From: an uncultured Tateyamaria sp.
GTDB lineage: Bacteria > Pseudomonadota > Alphaproteobacteria > Rhodobacterales > Rhodobacteraceae
DNA: 64,000 nucleotides
NCBI RefSeq assembly: GCF_947503415.1
Contig: NZ_CANNDS010000006.1
Span: 10,562-74,561, forward strand
Reading direction: 5' to 3'
In this document: positions 35,548 to 42,486 of the stretch, piece by piece
Layout: each line of letters begins with the position of its first letter
How positions within the stretch are numbered: position 1 is the stretch's first letter
Made by a program: the position numbers and the translations under genes
The notes under the pieces: model-generated
The model's database searches: none
What the model was told of the DNA's origin: nothing
What the model saw: the letters and a program-made list of their open reading frames with translations, nothing else

Positions 35548-37206
35548 CTATGCGGCCTCAGCCGCATTGGCATCCGGGAAGATGACGACATTCCGATCCT
35601 CTGCGATCCGGGTACCAGCAGCCAACAAGCGCTCTCGCGCATCACAAGCGACATCCCAAGATGTGTTTGGATCCGAACAGGGCAGCGCAAACCACACATC
35701 CTTGCCGAACACATCCTGCCCGGCCACACGCACCTTGGCACTGTCACGGTCGCCCAGCTGGTCCTGATCCAACTCGTCCAGAATGCCCATGAACGCGTCG
35801 CGCAACAGACCCACATCGGCGTCATGGGCGCACTTCACCTTGATGATGCGCAGCATCTCCGGCTCTTTCATCGTCCAGTTCTCGAAGGCAGTCGACACGA
35901 ACTCCTCCACCGGCACGACAAGCCGTGTGCCATCCCAGTCGCGCAACTGCACATAGGTGAAATTGATACGCTCCACATGGCACAGATAATCGTTGTACAC
36001 GATCCGGTCCCCGATGCGGGCGGACTGGTTCAGGGCAATCTGCAACGACGCCATGATGTTGCCCAGCACCCGCCGCGCGGCAAACCCCAGAACAAGGGTC
36101 AAAGCCCCCGCCGTGCCCAGCAAGGTCAGGCCTAGGTTCTGAAAGATGTTGGTCTGCGACAGGAAGACACCGCCACCCACCAGAATGACAACCACCACAA
36201 AGGCACGGCGCGCAGCCGCCACGCGGGTCGCCGTCGTACGCATGTGCACGTCCTGCTGATTGGTCAGATCAACGTCATCGAACTGGGTCAGCCGGTCCAG
36301 CACGACCTCGACCGCGTTGATGATGAACCATAGGCCCGATGCCAACAGGCCAAGCCACGCCACCGGGGTCAGGATGGTGCTGATCTGGCCCGAAAAGACG
36401 AACACAGATGACCCGATCAAAAGCGCCAGACCGGTCGCAGCCCCCGTTGCCGCGGGCCCGCGCACGGACCGGACGATATCTTTGATGACCCGGCGCTCAA
36501 CCCGGCCTGACACCCAGTTCAGGGTGACCCAGACCCATCGTCCGACCAGTAGGGCAAGCACCATCAGAATGGGCAGACCGATAATCTCCCACCACATGAA
36601 GCCCACTGCCGTCTTCTCGGTCAGTGCGGCAGGCAGATAGGCCTCGAACCCGTTGGGCCCGTACCGCTCGAACAGGGCCGGTATGTTGTCCACGGTCTGG
36701 CGGGAAAACACCCAGACAGGCTCACCCCCGTCCGGTTTCACGCGGGCCAGCCGGATCGCCGCCGGGCGCGCACCCAGATCAAGCGTCCATAGCAACAGCG
36801 ATTTGCGCGGCTCGCCCGCCATCGCCTGATCCGAGGACGCCTGAGCATCAATTCCATCCGGTCGGTCCCGCACCAGATCCCAGTCAATCACCGCCTTGCG
36901 GCTGATCACCGTATCGAGCGCGCGCGCCAGTTCCGCGCCGCGCACCGCTTGTTCCTCTTCAGGGATGTTCGACAGGTCCAGCAGATGGGCCGCATACCCC
37001 CACGCATCACGCTCAGCAAAGAAAAGCAGGCTTTCGATGGCGGCGCGCGGGGTGTCTTGGGCGATGATGTCACCGGGCGCATCCAACCCGTCATTCAACC
37101 CTTCCACACAATACCAGCGCGTCGTTTCACACGCCTCGGTTTGCGCAAAGGCGACAGTCGCAAGGCTAGACAACATCACGAGGATGACGGAAATTCGTTT
37201 GATCAT
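35548..37206 (-). CDS. mechanosensitive ion channel family protein (MscS-like)
   Basis: 552 aa with a signal peptide, a periplasmic domain, TM helices and an MscS beta-domain (IGDRIVYNDYLCHVERINFTYVQLRDWDGTRLVVP). Confidence 0.85.
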   Translation of the reverse strand: MIKRISVILVMLSSLATVAFAQTEACETTRWYCVEGLNDGLDAPGDIIAQDTPRAAIESLLFFAERDAWGYAAHLLDLSNIPEEEQAVRGAELARALDTVISRKAVIDWDLVRDRPDGIDAQASSDQAMAGEPRKSLLLWTLDLGARPAAIRLARVKPDGGEPVWVFSRQTVDNIPALFERYGPNGFEAYLPAALTEKTAVGFMWWEIIGLPILMVLALLVGRWVWVTLNWVSGRVERRVIKDIVRSVRGPAATGAATGLALLIGSSVFVFSGQISTILTPVAWLGLLASGLWFIINAVEVVLDRLTQFDDVDLTNQQDVHMRTTATRVAAARRAFVVVVILVGGGVFLSQTNIFQNLGLTLLGTAGALTLVLGFAARRVLGNIMASLQIALNQSARIGDRIVYNDYLCHVERINFTYVQLRDWDGTRLVVPVEEFVSTAFENWTMKEPEMLRIIKVKCAHDADVGLLRDAFMGILDELDQDQLGDRDSAKVRVAGQDVFGKDVWFALPCSDPNTSWDVACDARERLLAAGTRIAEDRNVVIFPDANAAEAA

Positions 37207-37243
37207 CAGGATGTAACGCGCGCCGGATGCATCCGGTTCCGCC

Positions 37244-37744
37244 CTACCCCAGCATCGGCAGGTCCGTCGGCTCCGGGTTGGCCCCGGCGGCCGTCAACAT
37301 CCCGTGGATCTGCCCCCGGTGATGCGTCTGGTGATTGAACAGATGCGCAAAGCAAACGGTCGCAGGCTTTTCCACCCGCACGTCACCGCCAGCCGGGTAC
37401 CACGCGATCACGCCGTCCAGATCAGCCTCCGACAAGCTGTTGGCCCAATCCAAGACGTCCCGGTCCCGCGCGGTGCGCATCGCCTTGAATGCCTCCCACT
37501 CACGCGGGGCGTCCAATGACACAGGCACGCTCAGCTCGGGCCGCGTATCCCCGTCAAAGCGCGCCAGCCACCAAGCATCATCCCAGAGCAAATGATTGAA
37601 AGTCCCCGCAATAGAGCCGAAAAACGCCCCTCGATCCAACCACCGGGCCTTGTCCGTCAACGTATCCGCCGCCGCCACAAATGACCCGTTCTGCCAGGCA
37701 TTGTACCGCGCCATCAGCCGCAGATGATCCAGCATCGCACTCAT
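37244..37744 (-). CDS. DinB-family protein
   Basis: Trimmed to MSAMLDHLRLMARYNAWQN...HLFNHQTHHRGQ (DinB His triad pattern). It has an ATGA overlap with the upstream small ORF. Confidence 0.75.
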   Translation of the reverse strand: MSAMLDHLRLMARYNAWQNGSFVAAADTLTDKARWLDRGAFFGSIAGTFNHLLWDDAWWLARFDGDTRPELSVPVSLDAPREWEAFKAMRTARDRDVLDWANSLSEADLDGVIAWYPAGGDVRVEKPATVCFAHLFNHQTHHRGQIHGMLTAAGANPEPTDLPMLG

Positions 37745-37992
37745 GCGCCCATGCACCGTTGAATCAGGATCACCCAAAACACCATGATGCCCGACACCAG
37801 CCCCAGCCCGCTCCAAAACACCCAAGGGCGCAACACCACGCCCGGCACAGATCGGCCAATCATCACCCGCAATGTTTGCCCCACATCCAGCCCATGCCGC
37901 TGCTTGATCACCAGCCCCAACAGCACCGCCCCGATCCAGAACACCATCAACGGCCCCTGCCCCGTTACTTCCGCGCAGTCTCCAAAACTCAT
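37741..37992 (-). CDS. small membrane protein (83 aa), hypothetical
   Basis: MSFGDCAEVTGQGPLMVFWIGAVLLGLVI...GLGLVSGIMVFWVIL. It has two hydrophobic helices and ATGA-type overlaps with both the initiator gene (37989) and dinB (37744). Confidence 0.45.
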   Translation of the reverse strand: MSFGDCAEVTGQGPLMVFWIGAVLLGLVIKQRHGLDVGQTLRVMIGRSVPGVVLRPWVFWSGLGLVSGIMVFWVILIQRCMGA

Positions 37993-38684
37993 GTCACGAT
38001 CCGCACTTCGCTCACCTCCCCGTCCACCTCCCGGCACGCCGCCAAAACCCGCCGCTCCAGATGCGTCTGTACATAGGCGCCGTGAAACCGTGACGGCGCG
38101 CGCAGGGTCAACCGCCCCCCTGCCCGCTCGACCCGCTCAAGGCCCGCAATCCACGACGCATAAAGCCCCGCATCCTCGCCATGCAAAATCGCCTGGGCCA
38201 AGGACCACTCCGTCCCCTTCGACACATCCGGCGCGGTGACAGACCCCTTCACCGGCAAAGGCACCACCTTCTGTGGCTCCTCGTCATTGGCCCCCATACG
38301 CAACTCGAAATCCGGCCCTACGGCAGCCCAATACGCCTCCGTATCCAGCAACACGCGCTCCAGGTCCAACCCATGCTCAGACACCCGCCCCCGCGCACCC
38401 TGCCGCTTCACCACCAACCACCCGCGCGCGCGCAGCAGCGCCATCTCCCGTTTCACCGTGCGCTCATCGACAGACCAAAGCCGCGCAATCTCGCGCTGAC
38501 CCACGGCCAATTCATCCCGCGCCCAATTGTAGCGCGCCGTGATCAGCGTCATCAGCCGCAGCACCCGCCGCTGCTCATGCTTGCCCTGCGCCAACGCGTA
38601 CGCACCCAAGGCCGTCAGAATATCGTATTTGCGCGCAGACGCGCCCCGGCCCACCGGCCTCAGCGTTTGCATCCCTGCCCTCAT
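37989..38684 (-). CDS. plasmid replication initiator, DnaA-like/RepC-like (winged-helix N-terminus, DnaA domain-I-like C-terminus)
   Basis: 231 aa. The N-terminus YDILTALGAYALA...GQREIARLWSVDERTVKREMALLRARGWLVVKR is wHTH-like. The C-terminus WSLAQAILHGEDAGLYASWIAGLERVERAGGRLTLRAPSRFHGAYVQTHLERRVLAACREV follows the DnaA N-terminal domain pattern (W..L....Y..WI..L....L.L..P..F....V). It is divergent from parAB with a DnaA box in between. An alternative start is Met5 (38672). Confidence 0.72.
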   Translation of the reverse strand: MRAGMQTLRPVGRGASARKYDILTALGAYALAQGKHEQRRVLRLMTLITARYNWARDELAVGQREIARLWSVDERTVKREMALLRARGWLVVKRQGARGRVSEHGLDLERVLLDTEAYWAAVGPDFELRMGANDEEPQKVVPLPVKGSVTAPDVSKGTEWSLAQAILHGEDAGLYASWIAGLERVERAGGRLTLRAPSRFHGAYVQTHLERRVLAACREVDGEVSEVRIVT

Positions 38685-38773
38685 TTGTCTGAATGGTCCG
38701 GGCTGCCCCGAACATCACCTGCCAACGGTTGGGTTTCCCCGCGGTTCTGGCCGCTTTTCCGTCTCTGCCTCTG

Positions 38774-38802
38774 ATTTGCGTCCCAAGTCCCGATTCTGTC
38801 AA
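38774..38802 (-). promoter_or_regulatory. sigma70-like promoter candidate for the initiator gene
   Basis: The minus strand reads TTGACA-N17-GCAAAT. The DnaA box lies 7 nt upstream of the -35. Confidence 0.45.
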
Positions 38803-38809
38803 GGGGGCA

Positions 38810-38818
38810 TGTGGATAA
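38810..38818. promoter_or_regulatory. perfect consensus DnaA box (TTATCCACA / TGTGGATAA)
   Basis: catGTGGATAAcc; the exact 9-mer is TGTGGATAA. Confidence 0.7.
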
Positions 38819-38946
38819 CCTGTCTGACCCAAACCCAAATCAAAAGAAAATCAAGGTTATACGGTATTGGGGGACATACTGACTGTCCCCTATTCCGAGC
38901 CTTTTGTCACCCATTCTGTTGTGGAGGACACAAAACTGTCCCCCCA
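38819..38946. other. candidate oriV core: AT-rich tract plus everted half-site pairs
   Basis: An AT-rich tract (acccaaacccaaatcaaaagaaaatcaaggttatacggtatt) sits in otherwise GC-rich DNA. It is followed by GGGGACA-N7-TGTCCCC (38870-38890) and GGAGGACA-N6-TGTCCCC (38923-38943), which are the two halves of the 39-43.7 kb palindrome in everted order. Confidence 0.5.
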
Positions 38947-39028
38947 AATCTGGGCAGTAAACATAGGGAACGGGCACAGCACAGAATCACAACGTTTCCC
39001 CCGGCCTGCCTGAGCCAAAGCGCAATCT

Positions 39029-39042
39029 GTCCCCGCGGGGAC
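39029..39042. repeat. parS-like palindrome GTCCCCGCGGGGAC (exact)
   Basis: cTGTCCCCGCGGGGACAa, upstream of the parA promoter candidate. Confidence 0.8.
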
Positions 39043-39057
39043 AACCATATTCCCCTT

Positions 39058-39086
39058 TTGCTTTTTCCGCAAAATCAGCGTAAATC
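39058..39086 (+). promoter_or_regulatory. sigma70-like promoter candidate for parAB
   Basis: TTGCTT-N17-TAAATC, bracketed by palindromes at 39029 and at 39107/39133. Confidence 0.45.
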
Positions 39087-39106
39087 TGGAAATGAGCAGA
39101 ATTAGC

Positions 39107-39120
39107 GTCCCCGCGGGGAC
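39107..39120. repeat. parS-like palindrome (exact)
   Basis: CGTCCCCGCGGGGACG, in the parA 5' leader. Confidence 0.8.
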
Positions 39121-39132
39121 GAAAAACAACCT

Positions 39133-39146
39133 GTCCCCGCGGGGAC
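39133..39146. repeat. parS-like palindrome (exact)
   Basis: TGTCCCCGCGGGGACA, 26 bp from the previous copy and 18 nt before the parA ATG. Confidence 0.8.
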
Positions 39147-39163
39147 AAACCAACAGGCAGCGC

Positions 39164-40468
39164 ATGTTCACGCACACAGACCTCGCCCAACTTCAGGCGC
39201 AATCCCTCAAAATGCAGGGGTTCATCCGCCAGCAAACCTACTCGCCCGAGAGCGAAAAAACGCTTCGTCGCTTCTCAAGCTGGGAGGTGGCGGAACTCAT
39301 CTTTAAAGCCAACCAATCCACCCTGCGCGGCCGACTCGCCGCCGACCCGTCCCTGCCCCAGGGCATCGTGGAAGAAGACGGCCGCCAACGCTGGTACACG
39401 CTGGATGAGATCAACGAACTGCGTCGCCGGATCAAGGTGAACCGCAAGTCGCTCATGCCCTACCGCCCGGCGAACAAGCGCGCCATCCGCGCCGCCATCG
39501 CCAACTTCAAAGGGGGGGCGGGCAAATCCACAACAGCGCTCCACTTCGCCCACGCCGCCGCTCTCGACGGCTACCGCGTGCTCTGCGTCGACTTCGACCC
39601 GCAGGCCACGCTCAGCCATTCCATGGGCTTGTCGGACGTGGCCGAAGAATACACTGTCTGGGGCATCATGGCGCGCGATCTGGGGCACGAGACTGACCGC
39701 ATGAACTCCGCCCTGCGCGGTGCGGAATCCGGCACCGCCCTGCCCCACCGCAAACTGCCCGCAGCAATCACGGACATGGGCCTCAACGACCTGCGCGCGT
39801 CCGACTTCATCAAGCCCACGAACTGGCCCACAATCGACATCGTGCCCAGTTGCGCCAACGCCGCCTTCGTCGAGTTTGCCTCCGCCCAATATCGGCACAT
39901 CAACCCCGAATGGTCGTTCTTTGCCGCCGTCTCGCGCTTCCTCGACCAGATCGCGCCCGACACCTACGACCTCATCCTTTTCGACTGCCCGCCCGCCATC
40001 GGCTACCAGTCCATGAACGCGGTCTTTGCCGCCGACGTGCTCTACATTCCCTCCGGCCCCGGCTATTGGGAATACGATTCAACCACGTCCTTTATCGGCC
40101 AGCTGTCCGAAGCACTCGAAGATCTGTCCCGCTTCAACGGCCTTGTCCCCGCGGGGACAATGACCTTGCCCAAGTCCTTCCTCGACCTCCGCTTCCTGCT
40201 CACGCGGTTCGAGCCGGGCAATGAACTGCACCGCGCGATGCAGGGCGCGTTCCAGAAAGTGTTCGGCGACCGCGTCTGCGAACACCCGATCGAAATGACC
40301 CGCGCGGTCGAGCAATCCGGGCGATTCCTGAGCAGTATCTACGAAATAGATTACCGGGACATGACCCGCGAAACCTGGCGCCGCGCGCGCGCCTCGTTCG
40401 ACCGCGCTTACGAAGAATTCAAAACGAACCTGGGAACAGCCTGGGACCAACTGGAGGATGAGGCATGA
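39164..40468 (+). CDS. parA: partition ATPase ParA (RepA-type, with N-terminal extension)
   Basis: ORF 39092..40468 trimmed to MFTHTDLAQLQ so that the leader palindromes are not translated. It has the deviant Walker A FKGGAGKST. Confidence 0.9.
   Translation: MFTHTDLAQLQAQSLKMQGFIRQQTYSPESEKTLRRFSSWEVAELIFKANQSTLRGRLAADPSLPQGIVEEDGRQRWYTLDEINELRRRIKVNRKSLMPYRPANKRAIRAAIANFKGGAGKSTTALHFAHAAALDGYRVLCVDFDPQATLSHSMGLSDVAEEYTVWGIMARDLGHETDRMNSALRGAESGTALPHRKLPAAITDMGLNDLRASDFIKPTNWPTIDIVPSCANAAFVEFASAQYRHINPEWSFFAAVSRFLDQIAPDTYDLILFDCPPAIGYQSMNAVFAADVLYIPSGPGYWEYDSTTSFIGQLSEALEDLSRFNGLVPAGTMTLPKSFLDLRFLLTRFEPGNELHRAMQGAFQKVFGDRVCEHPIEMTRAVEQSGRFLSSIYEIDYRDMTRETWRRARASFDRAYEEFKTNLGTAWDQLEDEA
40145..40158. 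repeat. parS-like palindrome (exact, 18-bp TTGTCCCCGCGGGGACAA) inside parA
   Basis: Read as GLVPAGTM in ParA. Confidence 0.8.
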
Positions 40469-41520
40469 GCAAACGCCGCGTATTCGACATCGACTTCGAC
40501 CTGGACGCAGGCAGCGCGCCCGACGCAGATCAGACCCCTGCCCCGGAAACCCGCCGTGGGCCCATGGCCGCAGCCATTTCCGAGAACGCCGATGCGCTCA
40601 CTGAACGTCACTCGGCAGAGGCTGAAATCCGCGCTGAAAATGACCGTCTCGCCCACGAATATGTGTCTCTAAAAAGGGATGGAGCCATCGTTGCCCGCGT
40701 TCCCCTCGGGGACGTGGCGATGCAGAAATTGACCCGCGACCGCAGCACAAACCGCGATCCGGACCTTGAAGAGCTCAAGACCTCGATCCGCGACCTTGGC
40801 CTGTCCAACCCGATCCAGGTCGAAGACACCGGCGACGGCTACGAATTGATCCAAGGTTTCCGCCGCCTCAGCGCGTACAAGTCCTTGTTCGAGGAGACCG
40901 GCGACGAAAAATACGCCACCATCCCCGCGGTGCTTGTCGCCAAGGGCGAAGCGCTCGAAAAGCTCTACCGCCGCATGGTCGACGAAAACATGGTCCGGCG
41001 GGATATTTCCTTTGCCGAAATGGGCCAGCTCGCCTCCAGCTATGCCCGCCAGATGGACCTCGAATTGAACGACGCGATCGCCGTTCTCTTTGCCTCTGCC
41101 GGACGGCAAAAGCGTCACTACATAGGCAGTTTTAGTCTCTTGATGGACAAATTGGGCCACCGCCTTCAATACCCCGAAGCGATCCCGCGCGCCCTCGGTC
41201 TCAAGCTGATCAAAGCGCTCGAAGAGCAGCCCCGCGCCGCGCAACACCTGACCGCCCTTCTGGACCACCAGAAACCCACGGATGCGGTCGCGGAACTCGC
41301 GGTCCTGAACAAGGTTGTCGCACCCAAGCCGGTGGGCGAACAGACCGCGCCGTCCACGTCCTCAAAGACCACCATCAAGTTGAACCGCAAGGCGGGTGCC
41401 GCGAAGGTCATCGGCTCAAAGGGCAAGATCGAATTGCAGATGAACCGCGACTTCGGGTCCATCGATCCGCGCAAGCTCGAAGCAGCGGTGCGCGCCCTTC
41501 TCGACCAGCTTGATCTGTGA
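40465..41520 (+). CDS. parB: partition protein ParB (RepB-type centromere-binding protein)
   Basis: 351 aa with the ParB box IQVEDTGDGYELIQGFRRLSAYK. It has an ATGA overlap with parA. Confidence 0.88.
   Translation: MSKRRVFDIDFDLDAGSAPDADQTPAPETRRGPMAAAISENADALTERHSAEAEIRAENDRLAHEYVSLKRDGAIVARVPLGDVAMQKLTRDRSTNRDPDLEELKTSIRDLGLSNPIQVEDTGDGYELIQGFRRLSAYKSLFEETGDEKYATIPAVLVAKGEALEKLYRRMVDENMVRRDISFAEMGQLASSYARQMDLELNDAIAVLFASAGRQKRHYIGSFSLLMDKLGHRLQYPEAIPRALGLKLIKALEEQPRAAQHLTALLDHQKPTDAVAELAVLNKVVAPKPVGEQTAPSTSSKTTIKLNRKAGAAKVIGSKGKIELQMNRDFGSIDPRKLEAAVRALLDQLDL
40699..40713. repeat. degenerate palindrome GTTCCCCTCGGGGAC inside parB
   Basis: Imperfect relative of the 14-mer, read as RVPLGDV. 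Confidence 0.45.
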
Positions 41521-41523
41521 TCT

Positions 41524-41537
41524 GTCCCCGCGGGGAC
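41524..41537. repeat. parS-like palindrome (exact)
   Basis: It starts 4 nt after the parB stop. Confidence 0.8.
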
Positions 41538-41542
41538 AATCG

Positions 41543-41573
41543 AAAAAGCCCGCCAACTTGGCGGGCTTTTTTT
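41543..41573. terminator. bidirectional rho-independent terminator (parB / bchO)
   Basis: AAAAAGCCCGCC-aactt-GGCGGGCTTTTTTT, with an A tract on one side and a T tract on the other. Confidence 0.85.
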
Positions 41574-41588
41574 GTGGCGTTGTGCAGT

Positions 41589-41602
41589 GTCCCCGCGGGG
41601 AC
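41589..41602. repeat. parS-like palindrome (exact)
   Basis: It lies between the terminator and the bchO stop codon. Confidence 0.8.
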
Positions 41603-41610
41603 AGATTTCG

Positions 41611-42483
41611 CTAGCTCGAAGATTTTCGAATAATCTGACGGATCAGCGCGACGGTCTCAGCGGGCCGTTCTTCATGCGCCAAATGCCCCAGACCTGCGAG
41701 ACGATGCACCGTCGCATTCGGCATTCGCGCGGCCGCCTTTTCCGAGACGTCGGGCGGGACAGTCGTGTCCCTTTCCCCGACCAGAAAGTGAACCTCTGAC
41801 GGATGCGTCGGCAAGCGGGCCAAGAGCGGATCAAGCTTCCATTGCGCCATCATCAACAGCGTCCCGTCCACGTGGTTGCGATCCCCTACAAGCCGTCGGT
41901 ACAGGGCCAGGCCCGGCGCATCCAGATCGGAGCCTGTCGAGCCGATCAATGCCTTGATCCGCTCAGGATTCGAAGACGCGCCCGAGAATAGCGACGCCGT
42001 GAATGGCACGGCTGCCAAAGCTTTCGCCATCACCGGGAACAGCAATCCCGCAAGCCCCTTGAACTGTGCCAAAGCAGCGTTGATTCCAATGACCAGCGGC
42101 GCTTGTCCCCGCGGGGACAGATCGCTTTCCGCCAGTCTCAGGGCGACGGCAGCCCCTGCAGAATGGCCGATGATTACAGCCGGTGCCCATCCTTCTTGGG
42201 CGCACAGGTGTGCGATGTCCTCTGCCATGGCGTCCAGTCCGCAGCGGTGACGTGCGCCAAGTTGCGTGAACCCTTGCCCCGGCAGGTCCAGCGCAACCAC
42301 GTGATGATCCTCTGCGAGCGTCGGCATGAGGTCGCGGTACGAGTGTGTCGACCCCCCGGCCCCGTGCAGCATCAGAATGGTCTGTCCTGCGCCTTTTTCC
42401 TGAATATGCCAGCGGTGCACGGGCCCTTGTCCCCGCCGGGACAAATCGGAATTGGGCCACGTTTCGATCTGGGACCAGTCCAT
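41611..42483 (-). CDS. bchO: alpha/beta hydrolase, Mg-chelatase accessory protein BchO
   Basis: 290 aa with HGAGGSTHS and the nucleophile elbow GHSAG. Synteny is bchI-D-O. Confidence 0.85.
   Translation of the reverse strand: MDWSQIETWPNSDLSRRGQGPVHRWHIQEKGAGQTILMLHGAGGSTHSYRDLMPTLAEDHHVVALDLPGQGFTQLGARHRCGLDAMAEDIAHLCAQEGWAPAVIIGHSAGAAVALRLAESDLSPRGQAPLVIGINAALAQFKGLAGLLFPVMAKALAAVPFTASLFSGASSNPERIKALIGSTGSDLDAPGLALYRRLVGDRNHVDGTLLMMAQWKLDPLLARLPTHPSEVHFLVGERDTTVPPDVSEKAAARMPNATVHRLAGLGHLAHEERPAETVALIRQIIRKSSS
42105..42118. repeat. parS-like palindrome (exact) inside bchO
   Basis: Read as DLSPRGQA in BchO. Confidence 0.8.
42429..42442. repeat. one-mismatch palindrome GTCCCCGCCGGGAC inside bchO
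   Basis: Read as DLSRRGQG near the BchO N-terminus. Confidence 0.5.
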
Positions 42484-42486
42484 CCG

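Noticed and set aside
39092-39163. Upstream ATG extension of parA (MSRISVPAGTKNNLSPRGQTNRQR)
   Set aside because: The extension consists of the two leader palindromes being translated, and the promoter candidate lies only a few nt upstream of this ATG. I preferred the ATG at 39164.
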